From an uncultured Gammaproteobacteria bacterium (lineage in GTDB: Bacteria; Patescibacteriota; Microgenomatia; UBA12405), in contig CAZIZX010000003.1 in assembly GCA_964544275.1 (NCBI GenBank), positions 43,705 through 107,704 on the forward strand: a DNA stretch of 64,000 nt, in the 5' to 3' direction. Position 1 is the stretch's first letter. Each line of letters begins with the position of its first letter. Under the pieces are notes generated by a model. The model was not told the DNA's origin, searched no databases, and was given only the letters and a program-made list of their open reading frames with translations. Position numbers and translations under genes: made by a program. Shown in pieces: positions 19,208-28,385 of the stretch.

Positions 19208-19888
19208 ATGAAAAAATATTTAATCTTGTCTTTCCTATTTCTATTAGCTATTACTCCAGTTTTAGCTAAGAGTACAACTGAAACCGGAGGACAACAATCA
19301 AATACCACTAGTGGTAGCGAAAACACAGTAACTGCATCTCCCACCAGAAAACCAGTTATTTCACCTACTGGCAATCAGGTTAAAAATGAAAATGTGGTTC
19401 AAACTCAAAATCAAGGAGAGGACTCACAATTGAGTGTTAAAACTCAAGAAGCTGAACAATTAAATCAAGCTGTTGACGATAGTTTAACCAAGGTTTCTGA
19501 TCAAGTTTTGGAATTAATTGACAGTGTCGGTGCCAAGGGTGGTATCGGTCAACAGGTTAAAGTAATTGCCCAAGATCAAACCAAGCTTCAACAAGAAATT
19601 AAATCAGATGTTACCCAATTAAATTCCCGTGGGACAATGGCTAAATTTTTTATCGGTTCTGATAAAAAATTAATCAAGTCCATGGAACAAAAAATGGAAC
19701 AAAACCGTTTGATGATCCAACAACTTGAAGAACTTAAGATTCAGACACAAAACCAAGGTGACCTTGAACAATTACAATTAACCATTGATTTGATGACTTA
19801 TCAAAACACTTCTTTACAAAGCAAGGTTGAAAAAGAAAGTAAATCAAATGGTATGTTTGGCTGGTTGGTTAATTTGTTTAATAAATAA
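19208..19888 (+). CDS. Secreted coiled-coil hypothetical protein
   Basis: Signal peptide, Gln-rich helices, GMFGWL C-terminus. Confidence 0.7.
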   Translation: MKKYLILSFLFLLAITPVLAKSTTETGGQQSNTTSGSENTVTASPTRKPVISPTGNQVKNENVVQTQNQGEDSQLSVKTQEAEQLNQAVDDSLTKVSDQVLELIDSVGAKGGIGQQVKVIAQDQTKLQQEIKSDVTQLNSRGTMAKFFIGSDKKLIKSMEQKMEQNRLMIQQLEELKIQTQNQGDLEQLQLTIDLMTYQNTSLQSKVEKESKSNGMFGWLVNLFNK

Positions 19889-19893
19889 CTATT

Positions 19894-20490
19894 ATGATGA
19901 AATTGAAAAATAGAAAAAATAACAAATTAATTTATTTATCATTAGTTTTGATAGTGTTGGCCATATTATTGATTACTATAAAACCAATTAATAATAGACA
20001 AACCTCAAATCAAAACCAAAATACTGTCAATCGTCAAAATTGTCTGGCTGATGATTGTTTATTGGTCGATAATTTTGATTATCCAGCTGGTGAATTATCC
20101 CAATCTGTCAAAGATGCTTTAGACGAAGCAATTAACGATGAATATAAAGCTTTGGCCATCTACGAAGCGGTTATTTCTAAACTTGGTAGTGTTAGACCAT
20201 TTTCCATGATCAAAGGAGCCGAAGAACAACACATTGCTTCTTTAAAAGCTGTTTATGATAAGTATGGAATAATTCCTCCAGCCAATACCTTGTCTGGAAC
20301 ATTAACTGCTCCCGAAACCCTTAAAGAAGCTTGTCAAATTGGAGTTGAGGCGGAAATTGCCAATGCCGCCCTCTATCGTGAAGAGCTTATCCCAGCCGTC
20401 AAAGATTATGAGGACATTACCAATGTCTTTACCAATCTAATGAATGCTTCACAGGAAAAACACCTAAGCTCCTTTGAGAGGTGTAATTAA
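19894..20490 (+). CDS. Ferritin-like (DUF2202-type) protein
   Basis: DEYKA..Y, AEEQH, EIANA.LY, ASQEKHL ligand pattern. Confidence 0.75.
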   Translation: MMKLKNRKNNKLIYLSLVLIVLAILLITIKPINNRQTSNQNQNTVNRQNCLADDCLLVDNFDYPAGELSQSVKDALDEAINDEYKALAIYEAVISKLGSVRPFSMIKGAEEQHIASLKAVYDKYGIIPPANTLSGTLTAPETLKEACQIGVEAEIANAALYREELIPAVKDYEDITNVFTNLMNASQEKHLSSFERCN

Positions 20491-20894
20491 ATAGACTGTT
20501 TTTTTTGGTGGGCTTTCATTAGACAGACCCCACTAATTATTTGCAAGCCACTTTCTTGGGCTAATTTTTCAGCCTTTAAGTTTTGAGTTCCATCTTGAAA
20601 CCAAATCACTGGATTTTGATTAGATTTAACTATTTCTTCAACAATCGGTAGGACTTGGTCTGATTTACGAAAAATATCAACAATGTCAATCTTAATATTT
20701 GAAGGAATATCACTAAAATTTTGATAGGAATTAAGACCAAAAACAGAGTCGATGGTTGGGTTTACAGGAATAACAGTGAAGCCTTGAGAAATGAGGTATT
20801 TGGCTACCTGAAAACTAGGACGATCAGGTTTATCAGAAAGTCCGATAATAGCGATGGTTTTTGACTTTTTTAAGATTTTTTCAAGAGAAATCAC
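20487..20894 (-). CDS. CoA-binding protein
   Basis: IAIIGLSDKPDRPS..VA.YL...PVNP; DIVDIFR; WFQDG. Confidence 0.88.
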   Translation of the reverse strand: MISLEKILKKSKTIAIIGLSDKPDRPSFQVAKYLISQGFTVIPVNPTIDSVFGLNSYQNFSDIPSNIKIDIVDIFRKSDQVLPIVEEIVKSNQNPVIWFQDGTQNLKAEKLAQESGLQIISGVCLMKAHQKKQSI

Positions 20895-21028
20895 GATAAT
20901 TCATTATATATCATAATCCACTATTACAGGCATATTTTAAGCATAATACCGAAACTCAAAAAAATATAAGGGAAGATTAGGGATTCCTAGCTATACCATT
21001 AAAATTACATGGAAAGATAGGTTAAAAG

Positions 21029-21111
21029 CGGAGAGAGAGGGAGTCGAACCCCCAAGCCCTTGCGGGCGGCGACTTTCGAGGTCGCTGCCTTACCATTCGG
21101 CGCATCTCTCC
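21029..21111 (-). tRNA. tRNA-Ser(CGA)
   Basis: GGAGAGA/TCTCTCC acceptor, anticodon loop CT-CGA-AA, long variable arm, GGTTCGACTCC; CCA not encoded. Confidence 0.93.
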
Positions 21112-21114
21112 AGT

Positions 21115-21191
21115 TGGTACGCTCGAGAGGGGTCGAACCTCCAACCGCTGGTTCCGCAAACCAGTGCTCTATCCAATTGAGCTACGAGCGC
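21115..21191 (-). tRNA. tRNA-Arg(GCG)
   Basis: CTGGT/ACCAG stem with loop TT-GCG-GA; ends ACCA. Confidence 0.92.
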
Positions 21192-21220
21192 ATTAACAGT
21201 GAATTATACCCTAAACTAGC

Positions 21221-21769
21221 TTAATTTTCTCTGTTTTCCAAAGGAAGTCTTTCAATAAACCACTTACTGGCCTTATCCACAAAATTGGGTGAATTTTCTA
21301 CTAGTGGAATTTTCTTAATTATAATCTCTTTTAGTTTCTCTTTGTCTTTTTCTTCTACTACCAAAGACACCTGTGGCGGAAACCTTAAATTAGTTTCAAG
21401 CAGCATTGTCTCAGTTCCCAAACTTTTCTTAAACCAAAACCTTACCAACTGTTCCCACGGATACATTAATTCACCAAAATATATTCCTCTGTTGGTAATT
21501 TTATTTTTGATTTTTTCCGGAGGCACCGTCGACAAGACATAATACAAAAACAATACCGACCCCAACGCCATAATCAAGAAAAACTCCTTCAACAAAAAAA
21601 ATATCACCGACACTATAACCAAAATTGCCACTGAAGTAATCCAAAAATCCTTGTCTCTGACTTTATACACTCTTTCATGGGCTTCCCACTCATACAAAAC
21701 CACTTCTTCATTCAAATCCTTAAAGGACGCATCAACCGCATCAAGATCTTTTTCTACTTTATTTGCCAT
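21221..21769 (-). CDS. Conserved two-TM membrane protein
   Basis: YEWEAHER...DFW; ITNRGI..G...YPW..L..FW. Confidence 0.7.
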   Translation of the reverse strand: MANKVEKDLDAVDASFKDLNEEVVLYEWEAHERVYKVRDKDFWITSVAILVIVSVIFFLLKEFFLIMALGSVLFLYYVLSTVPPEKIKNKITNRGIYFGELMYPWEQLVRFWFKKSLGTETMLLETNLRFPPQVSLVVEEKDKEKLKEIIIKKIPLVENSPNFVDKASKWFIERLPLENREN

Positions 21770-21825
21770 TAATAACACTATAAATCATTTTGCCTGAATT
21801 TGGTATACTTAAACGCATCTTGAAA

Positions 21826-21911
21826 GGAAGGTTGCGGCGAATGGTAAGCCACAGGTTTGCTAAACCTGCGTCCGAAAGGGCATGTGGGTTCGACTCCCAC
21901 ACCTTCCGCCA
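21826..21911 (+). tRNA. tRNA-Ser(GCT)
   Basis: GGAAGGT/ACCTTCC acceptor, loop TT-GCT-AA, variable arm, ends GCCA. Confidence 0.94.
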
Positions 21912-22032
21912 AAGGGTCAAAGTTCTATGCGACCCTGTTGGTAGTCAAGTTTTGCCCCAACTTGTTGACGTATATTCTTCAAATTCAACATTTTTCGATT
22001 TAATGGCCTGTAATAGGGTAAATCGTGTAAAC

Positions 22033-22863
22033 CTAATTTTTAGGTAAATGAGTTCTCCATCCCCACTCTCCATTCACATTTTTAGCGATAACCATGTCAT
22101 TAATCAAATTGGACAATAAAGTAATTATGAATAACTGTACGAATTCGGAAATATATTTCAATACTTCGTCCATATATTCATGCACATAAGCTGTCTCATT
22201 TTCACTTACTAAAATAATCGGTGGGTACACCTCTTTTTTGCTTACTGAATACCTAAACCCTTGAACATTTTTCAATTTCCCATAGTGAACAGTACTGTCT
22301 CTATGGGCGACGATTTTAGTGATTGCCTCCGCATTATCTTTAATTAAATTTGATATCGCTTCGGCGTGTGGCTTAATATCATTGTTTAAGTTTCTCGAAA
22401 GCACATCTACAATTTTCATGCCACTAATGTCGTTTTTTCTTTCCCATGTATGAAATTCTTGACCGTATATTGGCTTTAAACTTTGAGCTAACAAATCAAG
22501 AGATGTCTTAATTTGACCAAAGAATGCCTCGATTAAAATAAAAGCATCCACCTTATTGAAAAGCATGTCTATACGAGTATCTTGGATAGTAGAGTCTTTT
22601 TTAACATCTTCGATCAAAATGTCTTTAACTTTATGATAATTTCTCCTTAATGCATTGGCTTTTACAAGTGCATTAACTGAAAGCATTACTTTTTTAAGAA
22701 AAAGCTCATCGGTCTTGTCAATCTTTAGCTGGTTGTGACCCCAAAACTTTACCACTTCAAGTATGTTGGTGTTTTGAACTATGAGCAAAATTTCTTCCAG
22801 TAAAATTTTATCGATATCATCAACTATCTCAATCTCCTGGGTTAAAGTCAGTTGGTCTTCCAT
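22033..22863 (-). CDS. Putative HEPN-domain protein (Cthe_2314-like)
   Basis: Helical EAFF..IKTSLDLLAQ and Rx4H motif RDSTVH. Confidence 0.55.
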   Translation of the reverse strand: MEDQLTLTQEIEIVDDIDKILLEEILLIVQNTNILEVVKFWGHNQLKIDKTDELFLKKVMLSVNALVKANALRRNYHKVKDILIEDVKKDSTIQDTRIDMLFNKVDAFILIEAFFGQIKTSLDLLAQSLKPIYGQEFHTWERKNDISGMKIVDVLSRNLNNDIKPHAEAISNLIKDNAEAITKIVAHRDSTVHYGKLKNVQGFRYSVSKKEVYPPIILVSENETAYVHEYMDEVLKYISEFVQLFIITLLSNLINDMVIAKNVNGEWGWRTHLPKN

Positions 22864-22888
22864 AACTGAAGTATACCCCGCACTTGGT

Positions 22889-24217
22889 TTAATTGATTTT
22901 TATGGTGATCTGTTTGTTATGAAGTATGAACTTTGTCTTAATTGCTGACAATATTTGAATCCTATCTTCTGCCGATCCGGCTTTTAGGACATGGAGTAAG
23001 TATTCCTTTGCAGTGTCACGGTCTAGAGGTACTTTTTGCGGGTAATCAAATTGGTTTAGATTTCCGGCAAGGAATTCTTGGTGTAACACCTCACCTCTCA
23101 GCGAGTGGAATCTCTCTATTTCTTCTTTTAGTTGTTCGGTTAGTAATTTCTCATCCAATTTTATTTCATCAATATGGGCTATTAGTTGTTGGATTAAATC
23201 CTCCTCGCTGATGTAGGGTTCGTCGCAGTCATAATCCACATGTCTACCACAATGGTAGTAAACGTATTTTTTGAATCTTCCATATTTATACCTTTTGTAC
23301 TTTTCCTCCGCTGTTATCCACTCCCCACAACTACCGCACTTACATAATCCCCGGAACGGGAATAGTTTTTTATGCCATTCTTTTTCCGGGACATACAATT
23401 GCTTTTGTACCTTGTCATAAAGTTCTTTTGTTATTAATGGCTCATGATTACCTTTGTAGGTTACCCCTCCGAATTCAAACTCTCCGTAGTAATAAGTATT
23501 CTTTAATGTTGCGTAGACTTTACTCAATGCCAGAGGCTTTCCGCTTCGAGTAGTGAATCCGATTTTGTCCAGCCACATTTTTATGACTCTACCACTTTGG
23601 CCTTTTTCTCCAACCCGGTGAAACATCTGTTTTATTGTTGGTGCCCGATCTTTATCAACTTCGACATAGCTTATTCGGTTGTAACTCATGACATTGAGAT
23701 ACCCCAGTGGAGCAATGTTTGGTCTCCATCCAGCCTCACATTTGGCTTTCATTCCCCGTTTTACATTTATTCCCCGATTATCATTTTCAAGTTTTGCCTG
23801 AGAGCAGAGGATCATCAGCAGGAATTTTTCATTGGGGTTATTTGAGAATGATTGAGAAAATGTCCGGATAGTTTGCAGCTTTCCCTGATCCATCAAATCA
23901 ACCAGCGTTCCCAAGTCTCCTGCATTTCTGCTTAATCTGTCCGGTGCCCAAGTAAGTATTCCGTCAAATTCTTTCGCTCTGATATCGATTAGTAGTTGAT
24001 TAAAGACGGGTCTGAGCCTCGATGATTTAGCCGAGTGACTTTCTTGCCTGATTTCTTTAATAAATAGTTTTTCCCTTTCGGCCAGTGTTTTCATCTCGTT
24101 GATTTGAGACTCAATCGACATGGCTTGGCGTTCGTCTGATTCCGATGATTTTCGGGCATATAGGCAGTACCTTATTTGTTTTATTTCCTCTATCTTTCCA
24201 TCTTCTTTTCTCTTCAT
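22889..24217 (-). CDS. Large serine recombinase (copy 2)
   Basis: Same motifs as 13550-14875, with long identical stretches. Confidence 0.93.
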   Translation of the reverse strand: MKRKEDGKIEEIKQIRYCLYARKSSESDERQAMSIESQINEMKTLAEREKLFIKEIRQESHSAKSSRLRPVFNQLLIDIRAKEFDGILTWAPDRLSRNAGDLGTLVDLMDQGKLQTIRTFSQSFSNNPNEKFLLMILCSQAKLENDNRGINVKRGMKAKCEAGWRPNIAPLGYLNVMSYNRISYVEVDKDRAPTIKQMFHRVGEKGQSGRVIKMWLDKIGFTTRSGKPLALSKVYATLKNTYYYGEFEFGGVTYKGNHEPLITKELYDKVQKQLYVPEKEWHKKLFPFRGLCKCGSCGEWITAEEKYKRYKYGRFKKYVYYHCGRHVDYDCDEPYISEEDLIQQLIAHIDEIKLDEKLLTEQLKEEIERFHSLRGEVLHQEFLAGNLNQFDYPQKVPLDRDTAKEYLLHVLKAGSAEDRIQILSAIKTKFILHNKQITIKIN

Positions 24218-24261
24218 AACACAACTGTACCGCAGGGTTTAAGGAAGTCTAGGAGATGTAA

Positions 24262-25821
24262 TCAGCCCCAAATTCTTCGCCAGTTACCGCTAGGATTGAG
24301 ATTATCAAAAATACTTCTGTCATCAGCATCAGCCCAGTCCTCACCTCTATTGCCACAGTATGCCCTGATATTTGCTTTAATTACTACCGGGCCCTGATTG
24401 AATAGGTGAGTATTGTTTGTCCCAAATACTTCGTTAACCATCATAGTAAATGCATCAACTAGATCGTCGTATCTTTCAACTCCAAAATTGACCAATTGGT
24501 TTACCAGCTCGGCCGATCCATATCGGGGGAAAAATATACTCCCATTTTTGACATAACTACTGGAAATATTAAGTCTGGCTCTTTTATCGCCTCCATGTGG
24601 ATTGATTCCTACAGCCGGGTATCCTTCCTTTTGCAATGCCTGAATCAAGGCTTCCTGATAACCAACTTGTTCAACTAAAATCGTAGTCCTATATTTTGGG
24701 TTAACCGTATTTGACAAATTTTCAACTAAATCCTTGGTGGTTGGAAAATCGGCCTGCAGGTTATAAATATCCGTAATGTAAAGGTAATGGAAATTGGCTG
24801 ATTTATAGATTACTCCTACTAAAATGGCCGTTTTATCAGCGGTGTGCTTTTGAGAGATTGCCGGATCAAGTGAAATTATAAAACCAACACAATTGGCGGC
24901 AATATGGCTCGGTAAGGCATCGTAATACCTTATCCATTCGCTTTTAATAATCCTGTCCTCAGGTGGCAGAATTTGTAGTAGATACTCCCGATACCAAGCA
25001 ATATCATTTCCAATCTTTCTTCTTTCCTGACTGATTTCCTTTTGGGTTAGGTATTTACCAGGCCAAGCAATTTTATTATCCAATGACACTAACGGGTACT
25101 CAAAAAACTTGCCATCTAATGTATTGTTGATGATTCCATTTTTGATTTTCATCATCAAAGAGTCCTCATGAAGTAAATTACCGATCACGATTAATTTTGT
25201 CTCTCTATCGCCCAACGGCATAACATCTCCGGTGAACCAGTCGAAGTTTTGATTTCTTATTTCTTTGTTTTTAACCGAAGCTAAATCTTCCAAATCATCA
25301 CCGATAATTAAATCAGGTCTAGTAGCTAGGTGACGGATACCCCGAATACTTTCCCCGGTTGAATAAACACTTATCCTTATACCTGACTTTCCTAAAACAA
25401 TTGTGCTTGAATTCCATTCGCTGTTAGTCGGATCGGTACTTAAATGACCAAAATCTTTGATAAATAATTGGTTTGTCTCCAACTCCCGTCGGATATTTGA
25501 TAGGATTAGCCTTGCCTGTGACTGGGTTTGGCTAATGATAATAATAAAATTCTTTTTATGTTTGCCAATAATTGACCATAAGGGCAGGGCAAGGGTGGCT
25601 AGGGTTGATTTAGCTGATCCCCGGAAGGCAACGATAAAAGCGTTTTTAAGTGTTTGATCTTCGGCAATGCTAATAATTTCCTTTTGGAAGTCAGCCGTCT
25701 TAAATTTTACATAATCATATAGATAAATATGGAAAAACCAATAAAAACTATTTATCGCCAACTCTTTTCTCAGTTTTTGGTTTTTTATTATCTGTCCGAT
25801 GTCCATTTCTTGATTGATCAT
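24262..25821 (-). CDS. terL: Phage terminase large subunit (copy 2)
   Basis: AFRGSAKST, LIIGDD, SLDPAIS, DDLVDA. Confidence 0.88.
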   Translation of the reverse strand: MINQEMDIGQIIKNQKLRKELAINSFYWFFHIYLYDYVKFKTADFQKEIISIAEDQTLKNAFIVAFRGSAKSTLATLALPLWSIIGKHKKNFIIIISQTQSQARLILSNIRRELETNQLFIKDFGHLSTDPTNSEWNSSTIVLGKSGIRISVYSTGESIRGIRHLATRPDLIIGDDLEDLASVKNKEIRNQNFDWFTGDVMPLGDRETKLIVIGNLLHEDSLMMKIKNGIINNTLDGKFFEYPLVSLDNKIAWPGKYLTQKEISQERRKIGNDIAWYREYLLQILPPEDRIIKSEWIRYYDALPSHIAANCVGFIISLDPAISQKHTADKTAILVGVIYKSANFHYLYITDIYNLQADFPTTKDLVENLSNTVNPKYRTTILVEQVGYQEALIQALQKEGYPAVGINPHGGDKRARLNISSSYVKNGSIFFPRYGSAELVNQLVNFGVERYDDLVDAFTMMVNEVFGTNNTHLFNQGPVVIKANIRAYCGNRGEDWADADDRSIFDNLNPSGNWRRIWG

Positions 25822-26203
25822 GTTTTGATGTTAAATTAATAACTCCAGCCATTTGTAAGGCCTTTTTTACCAAACTCTCTTCTTCCGGCGTTAGGTTACT
25901 ATCAATCGGCTTTTGATCGGTACTGACCTGAATCTTGTCGGCATAGTCAGCATGGTGATTTTTGAGCCAAAATATTATGGCGGTTAAATTTTGATCCTTA
26001 ATTGCCGCCAGCAGTTGGCTCTCGGCTAAGTCATTGATTAACAAAACACCATCCCTGATTGCGTCTTCAGTCTGTTTCTTAAAATCTTCATCTTCGCTAC
26101 GCCAGCGATAGAATGTAGCCCGACTAACTCCGGATTTTTGACAGGCGATTTGAATAATCGGATTTATTTTTAATTGTTCCAATACTTGGGACTTATTTTT
26201 CAT
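25748..26203 (-). CDS. HTH protein, putative terminase small subunit (copy 2)
   Basis: Paralogue of 10135-10557. Confidence 0.75.
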   Translation of the reverse strand: MKNKSQVLEQLKINPIIQIACQKSGVSRATFYRWRSEDEDFKKQTEDAIRDGVLLINDLAESQLLAAIKDQNLTAIIFWLKNHHADYADKIQVSTDQKPIDSNLTPEEESLVKKALQMAGVINLTSKHDQSRNGHRTDNKKPKTEKRVGDK

Positions 26204-27534
26204 AGTTTTACTCCTTTTTGCCCGGTCAGATTTTCCCAGCGTTTTTTAATGACTTCGGCGTAGACTGGCGATTTTTCCATACCATAGCATCGGCGTTTCA
26301 TTTTGGTTGAGGCAATTAATGTGCTACCACTTCCCGAAAATGGTTCAATAATCAGGTCGCCCCGTCGGGTAAGGACTTTAATATAAGGAATTAAAATTTC
26401 TATTGGCTTGGTACCAAAAATAATTCCTTGCCCGGAGCTTTTTTCATCCGAAGCATTGTATTCAATAAAATCAGTCGGCTGGTACTTCTTACCTTTTTTA
26501 TATCCCTCCCACTGCGGGTCACCTGAGATTGCGTAGAGGGCAGTTTCGTATTCTTCCTGCAAGCCATCCGTTTCCGGTTCCATATTAAATTCAACATTAG
26601 TATTTGGAGATGCCCCTACCATGGCAATGTCGTGTTTGGAGAAGAATTTATGTTTAGCGGAATAGCCTTGATTTCGGTTAGGAAGATGCCAAACGAGCAT
26701 ATTTTTTACCCGCCAGTACTTTTCCATTTCACCCCATATGGTTCTAATATTCTTCCAGTTCTCATAAACGATAATTGAAAAATTTTCCTTTTGAATTTTA
26801 GAGATATTGGCCATCCATAACTCCGTAAAATTGTCGGGCAACACATCCGTCTCCAAATATCGGCGATTCTTTTTAGCGCCAAAACCGACCGTTGGATTCC
26901 CATGCCGTTGCTTGCCATTTAGATAATCCAAAATATAAGGCGGGTCAGTAAAACACATATCCGCTTTCTCGCCACTCATCAGCTTTAATACATCAGCTTC
27001 AATAGTCGAATCACCACACATCAGACGGGAATCACCAAGGGCGTAGACATCACCTTTTTGGAAATTAATTTGGTCAATTTTCAGCTTTTTTAATTCTTTC
27101 TCCAGATCAAAAATTTCAGTATTAGTGTCGTCAACGTCAAAAATATTATCGATTTCTTCACTACCAAAACCAATGTCTTTTAATAGATTTTCATCAAACT
27201 TTGCCAGAAGGCTATAATCAAACTCACCTTGGTTTTTGTTCAACCGTAAGTTTAATTCTTTTTCTCTTTCAACTTCAGGAATGTTTACATATACTACGGG
27301 AATTTCCGCGTATCCTAACTGTTTTGCCACCTCGAGTCGAAAGTGTCCACCTATTACAATGTTGCGCCTATTGTCAGCAGAATTAGCTATAATAGGGTCG
27401 ACAATTCCAAACCTAACTATACTTTCTTTTAGCTGCTCAATCTGCTCTTTGCTCCATTTACGAGGGTTGTAATCTGAGGGAATTAAATCAGTAACTTTGA
27501 CCAGGACCGTTTCTATTTTGGTGGTGTTGACCAT
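26200..27534 (-). CDS. ParB/Srx-domain + DNA methyltransferase (copy 2)
   Basis: 444 aa, same length and motifs as 8804-10138. Confidence 0.92.
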   Translation of the reverse strand: MVNTTKIETVLVKVTDLIPSDYNPRKWSKEQIEQLKESIVRFGIVDPIIANSADNRRNIVIGGHFRLEVAKQLGYAEIPVVYVNIPEVEREKELNLRLNKNQGEFDYSLLAKFDENLLKDIGFGSEEIDNIFDVDDTNTEIFDLEKELKKLKIDQINFQKGDVYALGDSRLMCGDSTIEADVLKLMSGEKADMCFTDPPYILDYLNGKQRHGNPTVGFGAKKNRRYLETDVLPDNFTELWMANISKIQKENFSIIVYENWKNIRTIWGEMEKYWRVKNMLVWHLPNRNQGYSAKHKFFSKHDIAMVGASPNTNVEFNMEPETDGLQEEYETALYAISGDPQWEGYKKGKKYQPTDFIEYNASDEKSSGQGIIFGTKPIEILIPYIKVLTRRGDLIIEPFSGSGSTLIASTKMKRRCYGMEKSPVYAEVIKKRWENLTGQKGVKL

Positions 27535-27617
27535 AAAAAAACTCCTTAAAGTAGTAATATTCCCGGCCCTGTGCCTGGAACGGATCTACTTTCGGAGTTT
27601 ACAGGTTAAACACCTAA
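27535..27617 (-). ncRNA. Conserved structured 5' leader (copy 2)
   Basis: 79/83 identical to 8721-8803, same pairing. Confidence 0.6.
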
Positions 27618-27665
27618 GCTTAATTGAGCTGATTAATTAAAGCACAAACCATAGCTCCCGTCAAA

Positions 27666-28385
27666 TTACGCTTTAATCTGCCACCCAAGAAGCAATTCCA
27701 ATCTTTCCTTTATCTTCTCCCAATCAGATAACTTGGATTTCAGTAGCGTAAAAAAGGCTTCGGAATGATTTTTATGTTTCATATGGCAAAGTTCGTGGGT
27801 AATCACATAATCAATACAGACAATGGGAGCTTTTATTAGTTCCGGATTTAGGTAGATTTTTTTGGTACCCAAAAAACTTCCCCATCTTTTAGCCATCTTT
27901 CTAATTTCTAATTCAGGGACAAAGTTGTAATTAAAGTTTTTCTGTACTTCTACATATCTTTTTCTAAATACTTCTGAATTCTTTTGCAGGTACCATTCCT
28001 CTAATATTTTTCTGTTATGAAATCCATTTGATACTTTACTTTGAGTTTTTAATAGCATTACGCCTTTAGCTATAGACACTCCTTCGTCCTTGGACCGTAT
28101 GACCTTAAGTTTATATTGTTTGCCTAAATAAAGGAAACTTTCACCAGAGATATATTCTTTTTCATAAATTTTTGTCTGGTATTTTTTAAAATACTTAAGC
28201 TGTTTTTCCAACCACAACCACTTTTTACGAAGGAAAGTTTGCAACCTCTCTTGATTGGCTGATTCAGGTGCTTTTAATATAATGCTTAAATCCGGTCGTA
28301 CGGTTAGACTTAACGATTTTCTGTCTTCCCGGATAAGTGCGTAACTATATTCATATTTACCAAATACGAACTTCTTGATTTTCAT
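27666..28385 (-). CDS. YgjP/M48-like zinc metalloprotease-family protein
   Basis: RWGS, DYVITHELCH..H..HS..F; typical position after hsdR. Confidence 0.88.
   Translation of the reverse strand: MKIKKFVFGKYEYSYALIREDRKSLSLTVRPDLSIILKAPESANQERLQTFLRKKWLWLEKQLKYFKKYQTKIYEKEYISGESFLYLGKQYKLKVIRSKDEGVSIAKGVMLLKTQSKVSNGFHNRKILEEWYLQKNSEVFRKRYVEVQKNFNYNFVPELEIRKMAKRWGSFLGTKKIYLNPELIKAPIVCIDYVITHELCHMKHKNHSEAFFTLLKSKLSDWEKIKERLELLLGWQIKA

Larger units (their letters stand above)
249..21033. mobile_element. Integrated element 1 at 3' end of tRNA-Ser(CGA)
   Basis: Serine recombinase + terminase core; 6-bp GCGGAG at both 249-254 and 21028-21033 (tRNA 3' end); distal end shared with element 2. The tRNA-proximal boundary is less certain. 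Confidence 0.65.

Noticed and set aside
21790-22047. 85-aa ORF in the track
   Set aside because: Overlaps tRNA-Ser(GCT); spurious
8804-27534. Intact prophage(s)
   Set aside because: No recognisable portal, capsid, tail, lysis or replication genes
8804-27534. Assembly artefact duplicating the core
   Set aside because: The copies differ at many synonymous and non-synonymous positions and by a 1.4-kb indel
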